A DNA stretch of 20,000 nt, from NCBI GenBank assembly GCA_010015585.1, contig ML975149.1. One strand, 5' to 3'. The DNA is from Eremomyces bilateralis CBS 781.70. Taxonomy: Eukaryota. The notes below the pieces were generated by a model. The model saw only the letters and a program-made list of their open reading frames with translations. It ran no database searches and had not been told where the DNA came from. This document shows positions 1 to 9,752 of the stretch, piece by piece. A program made the position numbers and the translations under genes. How positions within the stretch are numbered: position 1 is the stretch's first letter; each line of letters begins with the position of its first letter.

Positions 1-1137
1 TAGCCAGGATTATCGTATGCATCCAGATTCCAGCGCGTATTCCACAATATGCAGTGGTCTAAGCCTTGTTGGTTTTCGGCGGTGCTCAAGGCAGAAGATG
101 TCAGCAGATATCCGGAAGGAGTTAGATTATCAAGAGAATCAGTCTTGAAGAAAACTAGGGGGAGCACCATGGCTACGTTGGCCAATGCATCAGGGTAATG
201 TATCTGCTGGCCAAGAGCCCAAGGCGCGATGGAAGCCGGAGTTGTCGGATGTGCGATTGAAGAGAGAAATTACCCAATAGGCATGGGAAAACTCGGCTGC
301 TCTTTGACCTCGTATTCACGACATGGCGGAATTGAAATTGAAGCGAAAAGGAAATGATCGACCGCCGATGAATGGCCAATGGATAAAACAACCTCGCCAT
401 CTGATGCTGGATTAAACTGCTGTTCTTACTTATATAAGGTATGTAATATTCCACCTTTTGATTGACTAAAAGACTTGACTATCACCACTCAGAAACGAAA
501 TGCTTCAGATAAACAACACTGGAATGGTTTCCACGCTATTAGAGTTAGGAAAGCCCAAGTCGTAATGCGGTTAGCGTGGAATGGCACATGTTACACAAGT
601 GAAGAAAAGGGGCTGTGAAATGTGAATCACAATTTATAGAAACATGACAAGGGTTAGAACATTTCCATCCTTACTGCCTGGTCATCGGATTGTTTCACCA
701 TGTCGTCCAATCCTCTTCCTGTGCTTCCAGTCAACGAGTCAGCATTGATCGATGCTCGACGCTCGTTATTCAAAGGCATCCTTAGCCGACCGATGAACAA
801 ACCAAGAATTCGGGATGAAAACTTCCATCTTGACCTTTGTCCTCATTAGGAATAGCCAATAGCTACGGAGTACTAAGGAATGAGTTCCTTGTATGGTAGG
901 GTAGCATCACTCTTAATGAGCAATAATATGGACCGAGTTCTAACTACACCAGCATTTTAAGTCCATCTTTCTTGTTCTCTTGATAATGTTGCATTAATTG
1001 TCACCCATGTTATCAATAGCTATACGGATATTGTGTGACGCTTCTCGGGGAGTGGTTTCACAACCTTTCTCTCATAAAGCCAGTCAATATCATCGTTCTC
1101 CGTAAACTAAACTCCGCGACCCATCATTAAACAAACA

Positions 1138-2190
1138 TGATGTGTTCCCCTCAAACTGCGATGAGGTGCATCAAACCATCAATCATCGCACCGTCTCGCC
1201 TCACATTTCTTGATCCCTAGTGCAGCAGTCAGACCCTGACCCTCCCCGACGGCCGCATCCTAGGCTATGGCGGATTCGGCCACCTCAATGATTTCCCCGT
1301 CATCTACTTCCACGGCTTCCCCTCCCCCCGCCTCGAACCGCATGTCATCGACAAGCTCACCCGCCGACGCCGCATCCGCGTCCTGTTGCTCGACCGTCCG
1401 GGATTCGGCCTCTCGACCTTTCAGCCCGGACGACGGATCATAGATTGACCGGCTGATGTGCGAGCGTCCGCGGAGCACGTGAAGCTGAAGCAGTTTGCGA
1501 TCATAAGAGACTCGGGGGTAGGCCGTATGCTTCAGCGTGTGCGTATAAGCTGCCGAAGGAGATGATGTCTGCAGTCGGCATGCTTGCAAGGGCGCCGCTG
1601 GGGAGGCGGGGGTACATGATGTGGTGAAATACAGGCGCGTCGCGGCGGTGGTGGCGAGCTCTGTCCCAGGGGCTTCAGGGTCTTCACGGATGCGCTGGTG
1701 GGCGTTGGTCGCTTTATCGCGCCGTCTGGGCCGGGTGAAGAAGCGGATTGACACCTGGTTGGAGCTAGAACGTGGGGAAGGTAAGGTTGAGGCGAAGAGT
1801 GAAGTCTCGAAGGAAGGGAGCAGTGAGTCACCAGTAGCCGAGAAAGAGGAAGACTAGACGATAAAGAGAAGAGGGAGCAGCTTTTCCGCATCGTATTTGA
1901 TGGGTTTGCGCGGATCTCTTAAGCGATGGTACAGGAAACGCAGTTATTATCGGCGAATAGATGGGGGTTCAAGTTCGAGGATATATCCTTCAACCCTATT
2001 CTGATATGGCACGGCACAAAGGATGCCAATTCTCCAATCTCCATGATAGGGATGCATGGCGAAGCGTCTGCCACACGGCGTTTTTCGGGGGTTCGAGGGC
2101 GAGACTCGTTATACCCTGGTGAACCTTAAACGAATTACGCAGATCTTGACGGAGCTGGACCCATTAGAGGAGACATCGACGGTAAGAGAG
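1138..2190 (+). pseudogene. Alpha/beta-hydrolase pseudogene
   Basis: Manual translation gives QTLTLPDGRILGYGGFG..PVIYFHGFPSPRLE..DRPGFGLSTFQPGRRIID*PADV (TGA at 1446-1448 where W is expected). The nucleophile elbow is damaged and frameshifted (IRDSG/RPYA at ~1503-1530, family consensus GxSGGGPYA), and further frameshifts or stops follow (e.g. TAG 1855-1857). C-terminal motifs WGFKFEDI..ILIWHGTKDANSP and MAKRLPHGVFRGFEGET lie in different frames. Both ends are approximate. Confidence 0.85.
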
Positions 2191-2689
2191 TATGGGCTAG
2201 GGGATGTCCATGGGATGCATTCATCATTTAGATATACCTGTAGGCATGTAATTATAGGTTGATAGGATAGCGATCACCCTCTCGTACTCAATTTCAAATC
2301 AACCGGTCTACCCGGCTCTTTCATGCTTTCACCTTCAGGACAAGAACTATTGAGTCGAAGCCGTCCAGTAATTGTATGTATTAATATTACGCGTCCCTTG
2401 ACTGACTACCGGAGGCTCGGAAGTCGGAAGTTAGACCACGATTGACTATTAGGGCCGAGGGGCAAGGGCGGTGGGCACACGCCACGTGTGGTTGACAGAG
2501 GCCCGACGTCTAGGGAGGCCTCCGCTGATTGGTCCAACTTCACCGCCATCCATACCTGTACAGAGAGATATCAAACTCGTGCTTTTTGGTCCCAACATCT
2601 TTATTCTTCCTCTTTATCAAGTATTAGCGGACATTGCATTGGATTTCCCTTGTCCAGTCAGACATCCCTTGTCTAAGGAACTAATCATC

Positions 2690-4582
2690 ATGCTTCAAAA
2701 CAAGTGTTTTCTTCCCCTTCGTGCTACAGGACGCGACGCTCTTATCAGTTCGAAAACTGCGTCTCGACCTCTTGTGAGATGGCACGGTTCGCAATTTCTT
2801 GCTTTTCCAAAAAGAAACCTACATTCGTCTCCAGTACATGCGGCATCTCGTCCGAGTCCAGTGTATTTAAAAAAATCTTCGAAAGACCAGAGGGCTGAAA
2901 GCAAGAAAGAGTCAGAAGGCAGTGCAGCGCCGAAAAATAATCCTTTCGGTTGGGGTGCCACGGCTATCTTTGCAGTAGCGACAACGTTAATGGCAGAGTC
3001 GCTTTTAAGGAATCCGCCTGATCGCAGCTCAACACAATCACTAGAGAAGTCCGCTACGGCTAAGTACAGTGTCTCGCCAGACACATTACGCAAGGCGATT
3101 GGACAACTCAAAAAGGACATTGCCGCGGACCGAATCATACGGGATGTCGGAGAGTGCACCAATAAGTCAAGTACCGCATGGTCTCCTGCCCCGGAAGAGA
3201 CGGACTGCCCTTCGTTTATCGTCTACCCCATCTCGACCTTGGAAGTGAGTAAGATAGCGAAGGTATGCCATGAGTTAGGGATCCCCATGCTGCCATACTC
3301 AGGCGGAACCAGCCTTGAAGGAAGCCTGGCAATGACTACCAAAGGTGGTTGCTGCATTGACTTCAAGCTGATGGACCGCGTCATTGGAGTCAATAAAAAG
3401 GATATGGACGTTGTCGTGCAACCGGGAGTCGATTACATGGAATTGAATCAAACGCTCGCGGAACAGAATCTCTTCTTCCCGCCTGACCCGGGCCCAGGCG
3501 CCAAGATCGGTGGCATGATTGCTCAGGGTTGCTCAGGCACAAACGCATACCGATATGGGCCGATGAAGGAGTGGGTCCTTGGACTAACAGTCGTCCTCGC
3601 CGACGGCACAATCATTAAAACCAGACATCGACCGCGCAAATCAAGTGCTGGTTATGATTTGACGCAGCTCATCGTTGGATCCGAGGGTACTCTAGGGATC
3701 GTCACCGAAGCGTCCCTCAAATTGACCAGCAAACCTCAGAACGTTCGCGTTGCGGTCGTTGCATTCCCTTCAATACCAAATGCGGTGGACAGTGCCATCA
3801 AGGTCGTCCAGGAGGATCTCCCAGTAGCGGCATTGGAATTGCTCGACGACTTCACCATGAAGGCCGTCAATGAAGCCGGATACTGCGAGAAGCAGTACGC
3901 TGAAACAGCAACGCTGTTCTTGAAATTCTCCGGGTACTCGGACCGGATGGTTCAAGAGATTATAGGGAAAGTCATGGATATTGCGAAAGCAAACAACTGC
4001 AGCTCATTCGAGATTTCGAAAACGGAACGTGAAGCTAGCGACTTGTGGCAAGCACGTAAAACGGCGTTGTGGAGCGTTCTTGCATTGAGAAGGAAACCAG
4101 AGGACAAATTTTTGAGTTCCGATGCCGCCGTCCCTATCTCGAGACTAGGCGATCTAATTGAAGCGACCCAAGCCGATATCAAGGAATCCGGCGTCCTCGG
4201 ATCTTGTATTGGACACGTTGGAGACGGCAACTTCCATGCTGGCATCCTGTATGACCCCCAGGACGAAAAGATTGCGCGTACCATCATCCAAAATGTCCAG
4301 AGGCGGGCAGTTAAAATGAAGGGAACTGTGTCGGGAGAGCACGGCATCGGTCTGGAAAACCGCGACGCGCTGACGGAAGAGCTGGGACAGCAGAGTATCG
4401 ACACGATGCGAAAGGTCAAGGCGGCACTGGATCCGAAGAATCTGCTCAACCCCGATAAGATATTCCACCAGAAATGGGTCGCGAAAGACAGTTGGATTCC
4501 TTTTTCATCGAGCGCGTCATCCAAAGGATACCAGGATCAAGACATTGTCCAGGATATTAAGTCCACGTTGGGTTGGTCTTGA
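2690..4582 (+). CDS. DLD1: D-lactate dehydrogenase (cytochrome)-like FAD-linked oxidoreductase, mitochondrial precursor (VAO/PCMH family), 630 aa, no intron detected
   Basis: Motifs PYSGGTSLEG, FFPPDPGPGAKIGGM, GCSGTNAYRYG, RPRKSSAGYDLTQLIVGSEGTLG, GHVGDGNFH, GTVSGEHGIG and LLNPDKI. First in-frame ATG is at 2690 (the ORF track starts at a GTG, 2471). The N-terminus is Arg/Ser/Leu-rich like a mitochondrial presequence. The symbol is a family-level call, orthology untested. Confidence 0.88.
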   Translation: MLQNKCFLPLRATGRDALISSKTASRPLVRWHGSQFLAFPKRNLHSSPVHAASRPSPVYLKKSSKDQRAESKKESEGSAAPKNNPFGWGATAIFAVATTLMAESLLRNPPDRSSTQSLEKSATAKYSVSPDTLRKAIGQLKKDIAADRIIRDVGECTNKSSTAWSPAPEETDCPSFIVYPISTLEVSKIAKVCHELGIPMLPYSGGTSLEGSLAMTTKGGCCIDFKLMDRVIGVNKKDMDVVVQPGVDYMELNQTLAEQNLFFPPDPGPGAKIGGMIAQGCSGTNAYRYGPMKEWVLGLTVVLADGTIIKTRHRPRKSSAGYDLTQLIVGSEGTLGIVTEASLKLTSKPQNVRVAVVAFPSIPNAVDSAIKVVQEDLPVAALELLDDFTMKAVNEAGYCEKQYAETATLFLKFSGYSDRMVQEIIGKVMDIAKANNCSSFEISKTEREASDLWQARKTALWSVLALRRKPEDKFLSSDAAVPISRLGDLIEATQADIKESGVLGSCIGHVGDGNFHAGILYDPQDEKIARTIIQNVQRRAVKMKGTVSGEHGIGLENRDALTEELGQQSIDTMRKVKAALDPKNLLNPDKIFHQKWVAKDSWIPFSSSASSKGYQDQDIVQDIKSTLGWS

Positions 4583-4644
4583 TACATAAGGTTATTTCGT
4601 GGATCCGAATCTATTCAACATCGTTTATAGGATATTCTGCATCT

Positions 4645-6714
4645 TCAAAACCCACCGAGGCCTCTGACCCGTTGTACGGCTCCAACCAGCCCTTTGAGCG
4701 AAGCGAATCGGCCAGGATCAGCACCAGTTGCACCTTCGGCCTCTCTTCCTTCTTTATCTCTCCAGATGCCGTCATCCTGGGAAATTCCGTAGATACGGGA
4801 ATCTTCACCTTTGTCAGATATATCAAAGACCAAATGAGGCGAGGACTTACTCTGATTCTTTTCCAACAAGTCCATCCACTCTCGACAAATCTCCTTCGAA
4901 TCAATCATAACGTTGATCTCCTGGCTATGTGCCCAGCTCTGGGTGTCTTGATTCCCGCTCCCGGTAATACCCACTTCTCCGTCGACGATCATGAGTTTGG
5001 TATGGCAACTGCGCTTCTTGTGTCCTGCCCAGATCGGCCGATCTTGATCCGCAGCGACGTACCATTGCACGACTAGTCGCCCTGCAACATCCTCCCCACT
5101 CTCTCTCGCCTTTCTCCTGAGTCTTGCGACTGTTGTCTCATTGACGCCGCCTTGTCCAGGCAGCATCTCTCCGGCGTCGTTGTATCCAAGACAGAGATGA
5201 AGCGTGACTATGATTCCACGTTTCACTGCGTCAAGGATTGCAGGCTGTAGTACACTGGCATTGAGATCGGGTGTTTGGATGAAGATGGAATGGCGGGCAT
5301 TCCGAAACGCGGAGAGCCAGGCCTCGTTCTGAGGAGTGTGGATAGAGGAATTGTTCGGTGCTGCCCATGGATTTCGGTTGACTAATGCCATCGCAACGGG
5401 AGCGTGCGGCTTGTGCAGCTTCAGAGGGAAGAACTGGACAGGGGTGTCATCTGGCAAAGCTGTTTTCACGTCTCCGCCGAAAGGCTCATTTAGGTGATGT
5501 GAAAGCGCGTCGATGGCCGACATTCCCTGCCCTGGTGAAAGCAGTTTCTGTACTGTCCGAACCTCATCCTGGATGCTCTGGGAGAAGCTGAATTCGCGCG
5601 GTGACCGAGCCAACTCATCCGACATCCGCGGCTCCTGCGGCCGGGAAAGGTCGATTTTGAAGTTCTCAGCAAACTTTCCAAATTCCGGATCCTCAAATGT
5701 GGGCGGGCGTTGTGTCGACGCCGGGCGTGTCAGCGTCTCCAGGGGCGGATCGAGAGCTTCATGCCACGAGATAATGAAATTGTCGTAGATAGAATCGACA
5801 ATGTCGCCTTCCAGATGAACCATCATTTCAAAGTTCTCGTTGTTCTGAATATTGTTGCTTCCCACCACCCCGACCTTCCTGTCGACGACTAGGAACTTGG
5901 CGTGGAAGGTGCCCATCGCCGGCCGATGATAATTCATGACTTGCATGGATACGTTCGGGATCTCGCTTGCTGGCGGCAAGTTCAAGCTGGAGTGCGTATA
6001 CTCCCTCTCGGATACCATAGTGTGATTCTGGATGAATTGCTTGAGGTGTCCACGGTCATAGATGATCTTTACGTTCGCCTTCTGTCCACGTTCCCCAGCT
6101 CTTCTTGACAATTCTTTGAGCGCTTCTCGCAGGACATCGCTTGCCCGGGAACCGACCCAGTAATTCGTGGCTAATAAGACTTCACTCTCTGCTCGAGCAA
6201 TAAGGTTCGCGATATGTCTAACGCAATCTAGCATCGTTCCTGCGATTGTCGCCGGCACTACGCCAGTTGCACCCATAAGGCATGGGGAGACACAGCCCAC
6301 ACGAGGGTCTGCGTCAATTGGAAGTAGAGCATCGTGAAAGAGACGCAAAAAGAGCTCGCTCGGTTCGCTATTCTTGAACTTTCCGCATTTTCTTGCCCTT
6401 TCGAGGCCTGCCTTGGTAGCTCTTTCGATCGCTTTAGGTTCCCTTTCGCCAAAAATATGCGGATGCCGCTTGCCAAACAGATCGTTCTGGATTGATCCCG
6501 GCGACCGTGATGGATTTTTTGCAAGCAAAGATGAAATCGACTCGGATTGACATAAGGAAACAATGCGATCTGTCAGAACTTCCGGCATGGCGACGCTCTT
6601 TCTCCACAGTTCAAGATGCCAAAGGTAGACGCCAGTCGCTAAAGCCACAACGAAGGTCAACGAATTGGGAATAGTAAAACTCAGATAGAAGTCATAGAAG
6701 ACTTCGGGGAACAT
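4645..6714 (-). CDS. Phospholipase D/nuclease superfamily protein with two HKD motifs; probable 48-nt intron at 4803-4850
   Basis: HAKFLVVD..GSNN and HTKLMIVD..GSGNQD are two HxKxxxxD(x6)GSxN motifs. Putative intron GTAAGT..CTGAC..AAG (4850 to 4803) splices to KNQNSRIYG. The start is either ATG 6714 (adds a hydrophobic segment) or ATG 6588 (MPEVLTDRIVSLC). Confidence 0.85.
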   Translation of the reverse strand: MFPEVFYDFYLSFTIPNSLTFVVALATGVYLWHLELWRKSVAMPEVLTDRIVSLCQSESISSLLAKNPSRSPGSIQNDLFGKRHPHIFGEREPKAIERATKAGLERARKCGKFKNSEPSELFLRLFHDALLPIDADPRVGCVSPCLMGATGVVPATIAGTMLDCVRHIANLIARAESEVLLATNYWVGSRASDVLREALKELSRRAGERGQKANVKIIYDRGHLKQFIQNHTMVSEREYTHSSLNLPPASEIPNVSMQVMNYHRPAMGTFHAKFLVVDRKVGVVGSNNIQNNENFEMMVHLEGDIVDSIYDNFIISWHEALDPPLETLTRPASTQRPPTFEDPEFGKFAENFKIDLSRPQEPRMSDELARSPREFSFSQSIQDEVRTVQKLLSPGQGMSAIDALSHHLNEPFGGDVKTALPDDTPVQFFPLKLHKPHAPVAMALVNRNPWAAPNNSSIHTPQNEAWLSAFRNARHSIFIQTPDLNASVLQPAILDAVKRGIIVTLHLCLGYNDAGEMLPGQGGVNETTVARLRRKARESGEDVAGRLVVQWYVAADQDRPIWAGHKKRSCHTKLMIVDGEVGITGSGNQDTQSWAHSQEINVMIDSKEICREWMDLLEKNQSKSSPHLVFDISDKGEDSRIYGISQDDGIWRDKEGREAEGATGADPGRFASLKGLVGAVQRVRGLGGF

Positions 6715-7098
6715 ATTGCCACGAAATTGATATAGAAGAGATCAGTGACAGGAATGAACCGGCACGAGGGTAGTGGTAGCTCTGCTGGCTTCCAAGACGC
6801 ATGATATCTGCCACTCTGGGAAAGCTGGGCATCGAGTCTGGGCAGGATGATTGACCTACTTTGTTCCAGACCTAAGCAAACCAAGAAATTATTCGAGTAA
6901 TATGGGTATCTAATACTGGTATTAATGGACTCTCTTGGAGATGACGTTGAACGCGTGGTGGCAGACGTGACAAAACGTCTCCGTCTGGTATGACGTCGAC
7001 TTCCTGATACGGCTAGACTGGCGCCTCGGGAACGACTTCAGATTTACAAACATCCAGCATCTCCCCAACTAAACCTCAAGCGTCCGATTGTCAATTTC

Positions 7099-7185
7099 AA
7101 GTAACTAGTTAGTTAAGTTAACTTAACTAGTTAACTAAGTTAACTTAGTTAACTTAACTAGTTAGTTAAGGTAACTTAACTACTT
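7099..7185. repeat. AT-rich nested palindrome / direct-repeat block built from TAAC/GTTA units
   Basis: 28-bp direct repeats with one mismatch (7102-7129, 7155-7182) flank a perfect 26-bp palindrome AGTTAACTAAGTTAACTTAGTTAACT (7129-7154). Each repeat holds a 20-bp perfect or near-perfect palindrome (7110-7129, 7163-7182). Confidence 0.9.
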
Positions 7186-7827
7186 TCGATTTTTATATGC
7201 GGCTGTCAGTCTAGGTGAATCATTCTCGAGTTGAAAATCGTGCATGCGAGGTCGTTGGTCTATGAAATCCGTTTAGAGAGGCCGTCCGTTCTTTGCAGTT
7301 CATTCTGCTGTCAAATATGGGAGCCTTGGTGTCCTCTATCCTGTAGACTGATTTATGCAAAGCCAGCAGAGCGCTGCTTTTTCTTAGACCGTTTCATCCT
7401 CTTCCGCTTCTTGCTAGATTCTTCTGCCGCAGCCAACAATAACCGTTAAACACAGCTCAAAACTGTGACATCATCTATACTTATCTTAGGACTCGACCGT
7501 GCCCAAATCTACTCAACTAAAGGTTGCATTAGATATAGACCTGCTTTTAGAGATAGCAATAGAGCGTAATGAGTTGAACGACACAACTTCAAGATCAATG
7601 TTGAGGAATGGATTCATGGCCTTATGGCCTGAGAAAGGGATCACGTCGATCAAGCATGAGTTGACTATATTGACTGTTACACGAAGTGAATGTGACACCG
7701 CTTACAACTACCTGTATATTAGTTTTTCCTTTCTCTTCTCTTCCACTTCTTCGTTTCGTTTGGTCCAATACTAGCTATATATCTACAGACAGTTCCATCA
7801 GATATCCCCCTGTGTAGCATTGTGACA

Positions 7828-8099
7828 ATCATGCCCGTTCCCTACACCCACGACAGCCGCGTCTGACCGTCATCTTTCGAGTCCGCTTCGACGCCGTCCC
7901 GCTCGACCCGCAGCCGCACTACTACCTCGTGCCCATTCTCTACCGCCCACGACAGCGGCGTCTGACCGTCACTGTCCTTTGAGTCCGCTTCGACGTCGAC
8001 CCGTTCGACCAGGAGCCGTACCGCTGCCTCGTGCCCATTCGCTGCCGCCCACGACAGCGGCGTCCGACCGTAACTATCCTTCGAGTCCGCTTCGATGTC
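7828..8099 (-). repeat. Tandem ~102-bp (34-aa) ankyrin-repeat units, about 2.7 copies, highly similar at DNA level
   Basis: Repeated GAAGCGGACTCRAARGA..GGTCRGACGCSGCTGTCGTGGG..AAYGGGCAYGA, translating as EADSKD.(Y/D)G(R/Q)TPLSWA..NGHE. Confidence 0.9.
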
Positions 8100-9126
8100 G
8101 AGACCTCCATGTTTGCCTTCCAAAAGCTTAGTTGTCAAGTAAACCTGTCCATGCCTCGCTGTGAATTGCAGTCCGCTCGTTCCTTCCGGGAACTGACTAC
8201 TATAGCCTTCATATTTATAGTCTGACATCGACACAGCTTGTACGGTGGAGTCAACTAAGGTGCTATCGCGGAGAAATTCTAGTGCTAAACAAGAAGTGAT
8301 GATTTCGACATGTCGTATATGTTCGCTCCAGTAATGTGCTGAGTAGTCGTAAATTGCATTCTCGATGAGCCTCTGTTCGAATGCTCTATCATTAGCACAG
8401 CTGCCGCTCCGAAACACGTCGAAAGATAGATACGTTAAGCAGGCTACCGCTATCTCTTGCTGAGCGCTAGTGTTCCATACCAGGCGTATGCGCTCAAAGT
8501 ACTCCTATGTCGTATAGTGCACGAGCCGGATGATGTTGCTCTCCTCGTCTACAGTAACAAGCCCAGCGCAGACGGAGGAAATGTCTTCCACGTCATAAAC
8601 ACTGTCATGGTTCAGAGCTTTATCGCCTGGCTCGATAGCCAGCGCATGGCATAGCTCTCGAGTAGTAAGTGGTCTCTGAGCATATGTTATCCAGAATAAA
8701 GCACGCCTAGCCAGCGAACGGTCATCTTCTAGTTGTCCGTCTATTCGCTTGATTGCCTCTCCATAGGCTTTTTCGAGCGCCGTCGAGCCTTTAGATAGCT
8801 TCTCTAGCGTGAAAATAACACTCTGTTTATTCCTTTTGTCAAGGAGCGAGTCGACGTGAAGACGCGCGAGAAGGAACCTGACCACTCCGTAAGTAAAAAG
8901 GCTTTGCAGTTAAACCGCTAGAGAGCACCTACATGCCATCAACGGCTTCCGCAATCTTGTCCTGAACAAGATGCTGGAGCTCCTCGTCGCGTCGAATGCA
9001 TTTCGGTAGACGTGGTATCCGACCCTCTATAAAACGTCTGACGTCCGAATCACTGGCTCGCACCTCTAGAGTTGGGCTTGATCGAAATCTCTGCGTTACT
9101 TCGGGAATAAATCGGGAGGTAAGCAT
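7828..9126 (-). pseudogene. 5'-truncated NACHT-ankyrin (fungal NLR-like) pseudogene
   Basis: LTSRFIPEV..EVRASDSDVRRFI..AVDGM, then intron 8932 to 8878 (GTAGGT..CAG), then [71 protein letters not shown], then ankyrin repeats. In-frame TAG at 8505-8507 (Q expected), a frameshift and stop in the third repeat at ~7842, and no P-loop-coding sequence upstream of 9126. Confidence 0.88.
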
Positions 9127-9752
9127 ATAGTAATGGTACCAGAGCTATGTTTGGCTTGCAATCGAATGACGGTTCATTTTCAAGGACTAGACAGCTATAT
9201 CCGCTGCATAGCACATGTGACATGTCCTCAATCTGATCGTCGAGAATATAATTTCAGCATTAAAATCGGGCGATCACAACGTGGCGATGGCAGCTTGTAT
9301 TCTTACTCCGTATAATTAGATTCAGGGAACTTGACCTGGAAAATTGCAGGGAAATATGGGGAGTTCTCCAGGTCATTTTCCCTCGAGGCTTCGCTGGAGT
9401 GATAACAATACCTACGCGCTTGCCAAGCACCCCAGAAGCTTTCGGCCAATCAATCCGGCGCTGGTGGTGCTGTGGGCATCTTCCAGCATCGTCTACGGTC
9501 TAGACCGGAAACTCCACGGTTGAAGGGTTTGATAGTTGTTACAAACTTTATTTCAACAGTACAGAAGCAGCTTTGCAGCCCCAAAATTAATGCTTTGGAG
9601 CTTAACAAAAACGCGCTCGAAGACAAGGTTACTCACGAACTTGGAATGATCCGCTGACAACGAGAAGAGTTTGAAAAGATGCAAAATATTCTCATAAAAA
9701 TAATCAAAAGGAAAATCTGAAAAACAAATCTTTGATAGGCTGGGCCTTTCAC

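Noticed and set aside
1..850. ORF 173-454 (-), a 49-codon ORF from ATG 700, and short plus-strand frames
   Set aside because: No recognisable motif, frequent stops, no coherent splice model.
1446..1448. RIP as the cause of hydrolase decay
   Set aside because: The TGG-to-TGA change is not in CpA context and indels are prominent; the region is not TpA-rich by eye.
1260..1891. Minus-strand ORFs of 164 and 119 aa
   Set aside because: Antisense shadows of the GC-rich hydrolase pseudogene.
2471..2689. GTG-initiated 73-codon N-terminal extension of the DLD ORF
   Set aside because: Eukaryotic gene; the first ATG at 2690 gives a plausible mitochondrial presequence and the upstream sequence looks like promoter/UTR.
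2695..6108. Antisense or alternative-frame ORFs within the DLD and PLD genes (e.g. 3952-4524, 4573-5076)
   Set aside because: Shadow ORFs of well-supported genes with no motifs.
6940..7000. TGACGT (CRE/ATF-like) motifs upstream of the PLD gene
   Set aside because: Short motifs expected by chance; no perfect TGACGTCA.
7099..7185. CRISPR-like or telomeric repeat interpretation
   Set aside because: Eukaryotic context, only two repeats with a palindromic spacer, and no TTAGGG units.
7231..7774. Short ORFs and a basic KKRKRMKRSKKK stretch on the minus strand
   Set aside because: Possibly the decayed tail of the NLR gene, but no supportable gene model.
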